From the human T2T-CHM13v2.0 reference genome, Homo sapiens, in NCBI RefSeq assembly GCF_009914755.1, contig NC_060932.1: a stretch of DNA of 64,000 nt. One strand, 5' to 3'. The position numbers and the translations under genes are program-made. The stretch's first letter is position 1. Every line of letters starts with the position of its first letter. Positions 45,984 through 59,188 of this stretch are shown in pieces. Below the pieces are notes generated by a model. It saw only the letters and a program-made list of their open reading frames with translations. It ran no database searches and had not been told where the DNA came from.

Positions 45984-48770
45984 TCAGTACTTTAGTCTAT
46001 CCAAGGTGCTGGGTTTAGTCCTATTACCCTGCATGGGCCACACAATAGGCAAGATACCCATTATTTAGTTACTCACTCTTCTGCTTCATACACAAAGAAA
46101 TGCTGAGATTTATTACTGTAACATATTCCTACGTTAGGGATAAGACATAAGCATTCTGTCTTAAGTAGTATAAAGGCATATAAGACATTTCTTTAGTCTT
46201 TTATTTGTCAGGTTGTTACATTTTTCTTCCTAGACTATAGCTCTGAGTGTAATTCTTAAAATATTAACCCTGGAGATAATAATAAAAATATTCCTAATTT
46301 TATTTGCCTTCTAGTATCACCATTGACGGTTTGAAATAAAAGGGCATTTACACCTTGCATTATAAAATATCTTCCTAGCAATGGAAAGTTCTATAAGCAA
46401 ATTCACCTATATAAAAATGCCCTGCCTTTCCCAGATGATGATCATCATTTTCTCCAATTACCACTCACACCCTACTCTATAAACATTTTTATTTCATTTT
46501 AAAGTGAAATTCAATGTACCTGTCCTACAACTTTTCTATCTGGATGGCAGAATTTAATAATTTGGATGTAGAATTCCTGGATACTACAAAATAAATTAAC
46601 GTGTCAGAAAATCAGAAACCTGTGAAGATAGTGTTTTTAGGACACGTCCAGGAGGGCATAATCCATGTATCACAAGTTCATGTCAACCACAGGCATGACA
46701 GGAACTCATTGTAAAGAGAAATTTATCACTCAAAATCAAACTGCAACATCAACTAAAACTCAGTAATGTGTTCTCTGCTTCTTTTTGACCTTCTGTTGTT
46801 GCTTATTTGAAGATCCTGGCAACTGTCAGTGATGGAATATTCATGAGGCTATAGTCATTCCAAGACTAAAATGTTAGATTCTGCCACTTTTTCATAGATG
46901 GCTGTAGAAGTGGGATTTCATTTAAATGGAAGTCTTTTTTTTTTAACACATCCTACATACATGAGTCAGTAACAATTGTTGTTGAACCGTGAATGTAATT
47001 TTCATGAATGATAAATCCTGTTTGCCCTCTTACCTTGGATATTTCTACATTTTTTTTTTAATTCTACTAGTGACTTGGCAATCCATCAAAAGATTGGCTA
47101 GTTCTTGATTGTGTCTATGGAAAAAAATTTTTTAATTAAAGTTTTTCATGTTAAAAGAAAACATGTACCTTGAATTTAATACTGATTACCTATAATCACA
47201 AGATAAACTAATAATTGGGTTCTAAACTATAGCAATATCATAACATTTTAAGAATAAATTTGATACAAACATAAAAATATTTTCAGGAACCTTTCTCCAT
47301 TAAAAATCCTTTATCTGGTAAGCACATGGTAAACACATACAGGATATATCTCATAATTCTATGCAAATATCAGAAAGAGTTTTCAATTTGGCTCCCTCAA
47401 TAGCCACATAGGATTATTATGAGTATAACAGTTTTATGTTCAAGTGGGATTCTGCAGCATTAAACTCATTGTTAATCAAATCAGTCAAGCTCTCTCTGGA
47501 ATTTCAATTTACACCTTCGCAAAATATTAACAGTGATTAATGTTTGATCTATTCATATGTTTGATTATTCATATACAGCTTTTATCTCTCGTTGTGCTCA
47601 AAAACTACATATTTTAGTCCCAATAGGTTATAATTAACTTTAGTAACGTAACTGCTAATGCATTAAAGATCAAAGCAAAATTTGTTCTACAAAACATCCG
47701 GTTTAGGGAAGCAACTCATACTGTTTCTCAGTTTGAGGAAGTTGTGATCTGGTAGCAGAGCATCATGCCAAAAAGCTTCAGGAACTATAAGCAGTGGGCC
47801 CAAGAGCAGGGTTTTTGGCACAGGGGATACAGGAAGCATTTGGGCCCAAACCAGTGAATGACAGAGTATTTGTGCTCACACTTTTGCTTGAGTCCAAGTT
47901 GTCCGTTTTCTTCCCAACCCAGTTTCTTCTCAGATGAAGAGAGTTGCATGCTTCCTTTGCAATGGAAACTGTAGGGGTGAATCCCACGAGGACACTGACT
48001 AAGATTCAGAGGAGGTCAACCCCTTCTGTGTCTTGACCTTGGGAAATCAGTTGTATCTCCAAGGCTCCACGTTGCAAATTGACTATTTCTATTCTTATGT
48101 ATTAAGCATCTATTAAACGGAGGTGTTTGTACAAATGTAATCTTGTAGTTTACTCTCTGAGGTAGGCAATATCATTCCCTTTAAAGGAAATCAAGGCTCT
48201 GAGAGGTCCAGTACCTTGGCTGAGGTGGCATAATCAGGGTGCAGCCCTGCCCTGGTCTCATTACTCCAGATCCAGGATGCTTTCCAATAAATTCTGCCTT
48301 CTTTAATGGTAGCTCCTAGGCCTACTTATAGGACAGAGTGGTTGTAAAAATCTAACACGATCATGTACATGAAAGTTCTTTGTAAGTGGTAAAGATCTGT
48401 AAGGTACAGGCTAACATAATCATTTCTCAGCTATACTTTCCCGCTTTCTACTAACTGGCTAGCAATTGTATAAACTTCTTATTCTTTAGCAGGGAAAATT
48501 AGCCCTTGCAGACAACTATTTTAGGAAAAGTGCTAATAATCAATACAGATAGACACTCTCATTTTTCAATTTTTGGCCAAAATCTGTGCTTTAGACACCA
48601 GTCTTTTTAAAAGATATAAATTCTCTCTCTTTTGATAAGTGCTTTGAGACTTGCTCAAGCAAAACTATATTGGAGTCTCTCACACAGTTGTGATAGAGTG
48701 CTCACATGAGAACTTCTCCACCTTGAAATGAGAAAGCTGGGTCAACTATGGAATTAACAAAGACAGAAAT

Positions 48771-49011
48771 ACAGGTAGATTATTCCTGGTCCAAAATATT
48801 GGTGACCAGAAGTGTTTCAGATTTCTGACATTTTTTTTTGAATTTTGGAATATTTGCATTATACTTACCAGGTTCGGCAACCCTAGTCAGAAAAGCTGGA
48901 ATCCAAAATGCTCTGAAATCTGAAACTTTTTGAGTGCTGAAACAACGCTCAAAGGAAATGCTCCTGGAACATTTTGGATTCCGGATTTTCAGATTAGGGA
49001 TATTCAACATG
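48771..49011. mobile_element. Tigger4a/Zombi (MER46A-type) MITE
   Basis: TA-CAGGTAGATTATTCC...GACCAGAAGTGTTTCAGATTT...GATTAGGGATATTCAACATG, about 240 bp with nested inverted repeats. Confidence 0.88.
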
Positions 49012-50600
49012 AACCACTATTCTAACTGTAGTTAAAGGAATAATATGAGAAAAGCTAAATATCCATACTGAAGTGAGGATCTGAGGCTATCAGCTGGAAA
49101 ATTCACACTCCAGGGAAAACACATGAGTGAATGTTATTAGCTGAAATTACAAAACTGTTTGCCTATTTTGATCTGTTTCAACAAATATATTTTCAATGCT
49201 TTTTTTTTTTAGTTGGACTCTAAGATAGTGCCAAGATTATCATTTCAGGAGATGGTCCTTTTGTTGCTATCTAGATGGGTAATTATTCTGTATGAAGTTC
49301 TTCTATTTGCAGTGATCAATAACATTCCCATTTGACCCTTCCTCTTTGAACTAACTTGTCCTGGCCCAGGCTTGAACCAAATATTTACTTATGAACAAAG
49401 AAGTATCTCCCATTCACCCAGTGGAATAAACAGTGGCCCAACATAACTATTTTTTTCAACCACAGCATATGTTATTTTGAAAATGAATCATTCATAATCA
49501 AAATATTATACAAAATGGCTTTTTAAAATGTATGCCTGGCATTTATATAATACAACCTCTATACACACAAGTAGATGAATACATATAATACCTTATTTTG
49601 TACAGCAAGGTAAAAACATACATATGAAACATTCTAGACATCTATATAATAATATCGAAGTGTAGAAGATGAGTAGCCAAAAAAAATCATAACTGAATAC
49701 ATCAACTAGCATTTTAATCATTTCTACTTTAAGCTGTTTTTAACTAATTTTTCAAGGTTTGGTTGTTTAGTTTCTAGGAACCTACACAGAAGATTTGATT
49801 TACTTTAAATTGAAAAAATGCTCATACAATATGACAATTTCAAAAATGTACTTTCAGTAGCTGGTGACACCATCTATTCATGTCATGTGAGTGTATTTCT
49901 TAGGGCAAGGGACCTGCAAGGCAAGACTATATAGGCCATAATTTAATCACTGCAAATAAAGAAAGTCTAGGAATGACAGTGAAATATATGTATTTCTCCA
50001 AATGGGCAGCATACTAAGATGAAGATGTTTAGAAGAATAAAATTAAGATAAAATAAAGATCATGTATAGTTGGTAGAGGTTTTTTTTGTAAACACTGAGA
50101 CCTTCGTTGAAATGAATTTTTACAAATAGAGTAAGATTTTTAAAATCCATTCTTCTCTTGCATTTCATTGTCAACAGAATGCTTCTACAGTTCATATAAC
50201 TAAAAAGAATCCACTATTTTAACCCTATACCTTGGACAGCATCAGTCAAATTTTGAATTCTATCTAAGGCCATTCTTAATTAGAAACCAGTAACAGAGTA
50301 GCTTATCAAATATTTTATTTCTTCCTTCAAAAATCAACATAGGATTGTTTGGTGACTTTGCTTTGAATAAAGTGTCTTTTATTACTTATTTTAGTACAAC
50401 ACATTAAAATCAAATATCTCCTGTAGCAAAATGATTCAAGTCCATGGAACTCAAATAATTTTCTAATAAAAAATGCATGAGACAAATAAATGCACTTTAT
50501 GTTCCACAAGAAAAGGCAGTTTCAACAGGCTAATGCTCAGAGAAAATTCATTTTATCAACCAGCCATTTCATTCTTTGGTGCTGTTACAAGCTCCTTCCA

Positions 50601-50613
50601 GTTGCTAGGCAAC
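50601..50613. promoter_or_regulatory. RFX X-box (GTTGCTAGGCAAC)
   Basis: Near-palindromic 13-mer whose reverse complement GTTGCCTAGCAAC is a classical EF-C/RFX1-type site. It lies in sequence where I see no repeat. Confidence 0.6.
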
Positions 50614-53600
50614 CATAATTCATAGTACCTTTTAATGGATACTCTGCTACTGCTGAGAACATTAAGGTGAAGAGAATAAATGCCTTGGGTGAATCTTGAA
50701 ATCTTTCATTATGCATGTCATTCTATTTCTGTAATGCTATATTGCTGAAATGTTTCTGTGGCAGGAAACTGAGTTGTAGTAATTGCATATTCCACTCATA
50801 TATGTTTTGTAAGCAGAGCAGCACGTACTTGTCTAAAATGAGTTATTTCAAACATGATTGAAATTGGACTTCTCTACTTCTAAAGGTAGTAAATAAATCT
50901 AAAGAAAGAAAGAATAGGTTTAGAGTAAAATGTCTTGAAATTTCCAGTAAGAATGAAGAAATCTTCAGCACAAATCAAAAGTAATCAAGCTGGTTCAAGC
51001 TAGATCAGGATGGTTTATAAATATGTGGTACATACAAGTTGAAATGTAAAAATACAATAGAGAGAATACACTGCAAGCTTTAAAGTAGCCTGGACAGACT
51101 TTACAAAAAGGTATAGGTATAGTAGTGACATTCGTGTGTCCAAGTTTTATAGAATAAGATTGGGAATGCACCATGGATATCTTCCACATTGTTGTCCAAT
51201 GGGAAAGGTGTTGTATATTAACATAGTATTATTTATTGTATAGCACACTATTTCTGGTTTAATTTAAGCATTATTTTCATTTTCTTGATTCTGGTAACAT
51301 ATCTCCATATTTTATAAATATTTCTATATTTATCTCAGTGCATTAAAATATAAATCTGTTATTTCAAATTAGGGAAACTATCATTACGAGTATGCTTTTC
51401 TTCCCCCTTTTTCCTTAACTTGGTGTGTATATTCCTTTCAATGCAAAAGTTACAGCCTTTATCTGACAGAAATCACATTTAACTCTTGCATTTACTTACT
51501 GGTCACCATCAATTTCTGAACTGAAGAAGAACAATGCCTCTATCTCTGTGCATGAATGAAAAATGAACAATTCAATCCATCATCTGCATGGTGATCCAAG
51601 TCAGCAGTTCTAAATCGGTGCCAGATGCAGGACGGGGGGTCCTATAGGAGAATGATTAGGCTCACAAAGACCTATCAAAATCTCTGGAAATTGAGTGCTG
51701 GCAAGGGAAGCACCTCATTTGAGACTCAAATCCAGGCTCAGAAAATAATGTCAAACCTGGAGGCATCTCAAAATCTAGAACTTAGGTACTGCCTACTTTG
51801 CATTTGGCATCATGGAACTTTTATAATAAAGATGAATCTTATAAGTTTTCTGGAAAAATGAGTTAGTTGATCATGTCATTTTGCCAAAAATGGGATATAA
51901 ATCTTTCTGTTTCTGGTCACCTGGATTATTTAAATTCATGTTTCTTTCAAAAGCTGATTGAACTACACCTGCCACTTCACAATGATATGTTGTTCTTTGC
52001 TTCTTCCTCATTCCACCCTATGCCTTACAAAATGCTGAATATCCTTTGTGAGCGTTTGAAAATCTAGCAATTTTTTTCATGAACTCCTATGAATTCTACT
52101 CAGTATCTACTTGTTTAGAAAAATGCCAGCTCTACCAGTTCTTGGTAAATGTCATCCCTATTACAAAGCCTTAGAATGACTTTGTACTACCCTCTGTCTC
52201 TCTCTAAATCTTGGCTGGCAGCCCAGCCTGAATCATGAAAATGAGAATAGTTGTCCTAAATAAAAACAATACTCTTTACCATTAAAAAAGTCTTCGAATG
52301 GAGCATAACTTTTTTGAAAAAGCACTAACTGAGCAAATAGGATTCATTTGGTCTATTTCAAGCACTGATCACAGAAATTAAGAACTGCAGAATTAACACA
52401 GACCCTGGAGAGAAGACATGATTTTGTAAGAACTGGTGGTGTTGAACACAGTTAAGCAAATGTTCTAAGATGGGTGTTAAGGGAGTTTATGATATTACAA
52501 ATGTGTAGTGGACTCTGTTGTTTTAGGTTGGTTGTTAAAATTGAGGGCCTTGATCATATGCCATCATTAAAAATCCCAGGGTAAATGTAGCTCTTGCAGA
52601 AGGAGGCGGGTTAGTCTAAAGCTTCTGGACAAATTCCAACTGTGTAATTATATCCTATTTAAATTCCCTGTGTAGTTTCAACTGGATAAGGTATTTTTCA
52701 CTTCTAATCCAAAATTCAGATATAGTTTTTCTCTGCACTGCTAAACAGCTGCTGCATTTTTGCCCCCAATGGTATTTAGAATTGGACTCAGTTGGGTGTT
52801 CCATCAATTCCAGGAATATTCATCTTTGCTTTCCAAGTTTAATAAGGGATCTTTTTGAATACTGGCTAATATTTACACTACTAAAAGTCTCACTGAATTG
52901 AGGGTACATGGTAAATATAGAATTTTTGAACAGGAGGTGACCTCAGGGATCCCCCTAGTCTTGCATCCTTCCTTTGAGGGAGAAAACTGAATTACTAATG
53001 AGTTAACATATATCCAGGGCTTATTATGTGGGCTTAGAGATATTTAATTAATGAATGGCCCAAAGTTACAGAAATATATAATATCAGATCCAGAACTCTT
53101 AACCCTGCACCCCAGCCTGATCTCCCAGGGTTCTTTCCACTGTGCTATTGTGTGCCATATATGCATTTCTAATAAAATGGATTATCTTATTCCTGGTAGA
53201 GGTTAGATGAGCAAACACTATTAAAATGAACCACACAAGTACTACCAAAACCTTACTTTAGCAATTAAGAAAGATTAGATGTTTAGAAAATGAGGCTCAG
53301 ATCATGTTTTTTAAAAAGATTCATGGTATATTCCAATGAGAAAAGTGTTCAAATACACTTATTTGAATGGTTTTGCTAAGAAAGATACTAAAATTCTGGT
53401 CCCACAGAATGCTTCAGAGTGGAATAAAAATTTACAAAATGCCTCTACATTGTGAAATGTGTGACTTTTTTGTATATTTGTTTAATAACCATCTTTCCTG
53501 CTTGTCTGTAAACACTGTGATTGTAGACGACATATTTTTCTTTTTGTTCGTTTATGGCTTCTATGTGATACTAAAGCACAGAACCTAGTTTCCAGTGGGG

Positions 53601-53989
53601 GTAAAATAAATATTTGTCGTTAGATTGTTTAAGGGCTTTCCACATTACAAAGGAGGTGCTTTCACATTTATTATTTTATTCTACCTCCACAGCCTATGGG
53701 GATTCGAGAACCATTTCCACCTGTGGTTGAGCTCTGGGAATCTCTGGAAAATGACATTCACTGGTGTTCTATTGACCCAACATGACAAGCTCTACCCTGT
53801 ATTCCTGAATGGCTCAGAGATAATAGCTATACTCCAGTAATCACTTTTATTTAGTTAGTTTTTTACTCTTAAGCAGTAGCAGCAGGGGCCTGACCATGGT
53901 AATGACTGCATTGTCTACTTTTTCTTTTCCCACATGGAATTAGTTGGTAATGAATTATAATCAAAGCTTTAACAAACTCACTATGACTT

Positions 53990-54206
53990 CCACATGACTG
54001 CCACACAGTAGGAGCTCAAAATATATTTATTGAATGGATGAATGAAAATAAAATAGCCAAATCTGAATGTATGGGGAGAGCACGCTGCAGAGGGAATAGA
54101 ACATGGCTCAGGGAATGCATCTTGTTCTCATTCTTGTTTGTCCACGAATTGGCTGTATAACCATTTAACTTTCCAGTACTGGGGCTCTTCCCCCTCTGTA
54201 GAATGG
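53990..54206 (+). mobile_element. L2 3' end followed by a MIR fragment
   Basis: CACACAGTAGGAGCTCAAAATATATTTATTGAATGGATGAATGAA, then MIR-like ...CTTCCCCCTCTGTAGAATGG. Confidence 0.65.
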
Positions 54207-54462
54207 CACGATCTGTAGAGTGGTACGATCTTGGCTCACTGCAAGCTCCACCTCCCAGGTTCAAGTGATTCTCCCGCCTCAGCCTCCTGAGTAGCTGGGA
54301 CTACAGGCGCGCGCCACCACGCCCAGCTAATTTTGGTCTTTTTAGTAGAGACGGGGTTTTACCATGTTGGCGAGGATGGTCCCAATCTCTTGCCCTCATG
54401 ATCTACCCGCTTTGGCCTCCAAAAGTGCTGGGATTACAGGTGTGAGCCACCGTGCCTGGCCC
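54204..54462 (-). mobile_element. Alu (AluSc/Y-like) lacking its 3' end and poly-A tail
   Basis: The antisense Alu begins abruptly at ...GTGGTACGATCTTGGCTCACTGCAAGCTCC with no poly-T; its 5' end is intact (CGTGCCTGGCC). Confidence 0.92.
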
Positions 54463-56595
54463 AACATATCTATACTATACAAAAGTAGATCATTGGCCCT
54501 TGAATAATATGAAATTAATTTATTTCACTCCCACAGAGGAACAATTATATTCATTAACCAAATGACTACTTTCCTAAATATTTTCTCCTTGAAAGATCCT
54601 ATTTACTTTGACAGGCAATGTTTACCACCTGAACATTTTCTAACTTGAAAGGTGGCCTTTGGAAAAAAATCTTTAATTATAGTTTCCTAGAGTTTGCTTT
54701 GTTTTGGAAATGGAAAATACTTCCAACACTTATGCTGTCAGAGAGTGACCATGGTCATTACCAGTAAACTGTCTCCTTGGCTGGATAAGATGTACAGGTA
54801 GGGAATTTTTGGTCAACACTAGGCCGAAAAGTCCTCCCATAGGCTTTGCTGAATTTACTTTTTGTGCTATAAATCAATTCAACTTCTCCTTATGCTTTGT
54901 ATGGGGATAGATTTTCAGTAATTGCACAGTCGAGTTCACAACGTGCGCCATGCTTGCATTATTCCTTTATACTGACGGAAGTGTAGAGTTACAATTTGGA
55001 TTCCCTTTTCCATTATGTTTCATTATCCAATCATTCGACTTTGATCCTATGGCAATGTTTAGTCACATTTCTGAATGTTCTTTATGAAGATCGGCGATGC
55101 ATTGTCACAATCGTGCCAAAGATTCTGAGCAAGAACAGTAAAGCATCTCATAATTTCACCCTGCCAGCATTGTGAGACCACTTTCCTTTTAATTACTGTC
55201 AAATTCAATTTCACACCTTTTCATTCTTTGTTTAAGGATGTACTTTTCTAGGAATATAAAATATTAACTGATATTTACACTTTGCAAAAGCTTCCTATTA
55301 ATCTTTCCCTGAAACAAATTTAACTGTAAGTTCAATATTAATTTGAAGTTGATGGGGATGACTATTATATAAACAGAGAAAAATGAATTTCCTGTCAAGT
55401 AAACATGCTTTTTTCAAACACTGTGTTTGGTCCAGCATGTCTACTATAAGGGCCACAAGTCGAGAATGTGCAAAAACAGTATCTTAGTTGTGCAAGAAGA
55501 AAAAGACAGTGGCTGTTCAATATCATTTATCAAAGTAAGAAGAAAAAATAAAAAATAAAAAGAGACCCGTCCAGTGGAAGGTCACAGCCAATAACATTTC
55601 TGCAAATAGAAAAGGGATGCTGAAGCATCAGATGTAAATTGCTGTTTGCTGAAGAATTTTAATGGAGTTCTACGTCACATTATAAAATGTTTAATTGTAA
55701 CCCCATTTTAATAACACCATCTGATTAAATGAAAAGACGCCTTGCTGATCGCAATTACAATCTGTCAAACTGCATATTTATTTACAGTTTGGTTTTTTAA
55801 AACCATAAGATAAAAAAAGAAAACTCTATTCAGCTTGTCAGGAAACTATAATTATTGTGTATCCTTCTGTCAGTTTCTGCATAAAACTTTTGGTCCTAAA
55901 ATGGATCTAATTATATCTACATCAACATTTTTATAAACGCTACATTTTTTTTCTCCATCTCAGTGAAATCTTTGTCGTTAACTAGGAAAAACATATTCTC
56001 TTTTAAAAAGGCATTAGCCAGGCTTGTTTGCTTTCTTTCCTTCAAGATGTTATAAAATAAAACATCCCTTTCAAAATATAAAAATATTTGCTTATGTCCC
56101 TCTCTCTCCTGGCATGAGATTATGAATAAAACCAACAGTTTTTGGCTGTTCTGGCAACACTGTTTCTGATTGTCTTGGATGTCATAAAATTCCTTCAGCC
56201 TGTAGCACTGAAAGTCTAAATCTCTTTTCATAATTATATTCTGACATTCAAGGCTTAGGAATCCTCTACAGATTGAAGTGGGACCAAGCTGCTAGAACCC
56301 AGGAGGGAAAAGATCAGTCGATTGATTTCTCTAAGGTTTCTCCGACTTCTCCATCCCTCCTGTATTTCCCTTGCCACCTACATCTAAGGCACTTGATAGC
56401 TCCATTCTTATTGGGGTCATCCATACTGAAGTAGGTCCCCTGGAAATGTCCCAAACACAGGATGTACATCAAATGTGTCTTGTCCTTTGAGGGTCCATTG
56501 GACTTGATAATTTGGTCTATATATTTGTACTGAGATGTTTATGGATTATAATGCTTATTATTCTGCCCATTCTGGGAGTTAAAAATACAGGATTC

Positions 56596-56840
<245 letters not shown>

Positions 56841-57155
56841 TTAGCTTAAAAAGAAGCACCAGGAATGTTGTTTTCAAGCATGAAGGCACATACAATTTTT
56901 TAGGATCAGAGGCAGAATTGGACCCCACATCCACCCTCCTAGTCCAGTATCAGTGAGGCTGTCTCATAGACCATTAGACTATTATTTCAAGTTGGTTTAA
57001 TTAATGCCAACTTAGAATAAAACTAGTGGCAATTCCTCGAGGGCACAAACTAGATGCTCAGTTTCTTGTACAGAAAGCCTATATGAGGCAAGTAATCTGG
57101 ACTCAATTCATTGGGTTTTGTGCTAGATATCTTCAAATATATAGAAAGATCCAAA

Positions 57156-57368
57156 CTTTTTTCCGTCAACTTTTATCTTAAGTTTCGGTGTACGTGTGCA
57201 GGATGTGCAGGTTTGTTACATAGGTAAACATGTGCTATAGTGGTTGCTGCACAAATCAACCCTTCGCCTTGGTATGAAGCCCAGCATACATTAGCTATTC
57301 TTCCTGATGCTCTCTCTCTGCCTTTCCCAGAGCCCCCGCCATAGGCCCCCAGTGTGTGTTTTTCCCCT
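57156..57368 (-). mobile_element. Short 5'-truncated L1PA 3' UTR fragment (mid-age)
   Basis: GTACGTGTGCAGGATGTGCAGGTTTGTTACATAGGTAAAC...CATTAGCTATTCTTCCTGATGCTCTC...GGCCCCCAGTGTGTG. Confidence 0.9.
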
Positions 57369-57559
57369 CAATGCAAATGTCTACCTCTGGGAGGTAATCA
57401 AATCAATTGTGATTTGTTAAAGGTGAGACAATTTTGTGATCTAAAATCCTTCATCATAGAACTGTACAGTAATAGCACAGATGGGGAATCTGGACGTCAG
57501 CATTTTAACCTTTTACACGTAACCCAGCCCACACAATCTAAACAAGGCACACAGGCACT

Positions 57560-58005
57560 TTAGGATGGTACATGTGCCCAACTGTCTGAACGCCTTTCCT
57601 GTCATGCACCTGATGCCTTCTCACCTCTCATCTCCCAAACCTGCTGTTCTTACCTCTGTGCCTTTTTCCAGCCACGCTGTTCCCCATGCCTTGAAAGCTG
57701 GCCCTTCATGTTTCTCTGGGTTTTACTCTTCCAAATTCTACAAACCTCAGATTTGAAAGTCTCTTGAAAGGCATTCTTGAATACTGCTGGCTGATTCATG
57801 AGCAACTTCTTCTATGTTTCTTAAGCAATTTGTTTATCCCTCCTCCAAAGCAATGATCATAACATGTTTCAATACTTTTGTGTCTCCTTATCTGATATTA
57901 AAGGCAAGGACCATTGAGTATTTATTCATTGATTATCACAAGAGCCAATGTCTAGCTTAGCCCCTGGAACACACAAGACAATATATATTTACTGAATAAA
58001 TTAAT
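57560..58005 (+). mobile_element. L2 fragment
   Basis: Degenerate L2 body (GCTGTTCCCCATGCCTTGAA) and end (TATTTACTGAATAAATTAAT). Confidence 0.6.
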
Positions 58006-58292
58006 CAGAACACCTTATCTATTTCTGACAAAGAGTTCTCTGGTCTCAATCTGTCTCTAGGGACAAAAATTTATTGAGTCTAATGCAGCCTGCTTAAGGC
58101 ATGGTCAGCTCTACTTTATACAAAGTATTTTCTTATATGAAGTTGAAAACTACCTACAGCTTTTTCTCTTGTTTTAATCATTTTGTTTTCTAGAGTTTCT
58201 CATTAATGGGATGATATTGGCTATCTTCCCTTTGTAGGAACTAGTGGGTTTGGGGATTAGTGAACTTTCAGAGAACACAGAAACACTGTAGC

Positions 58293-59188
<896 letters not shown>

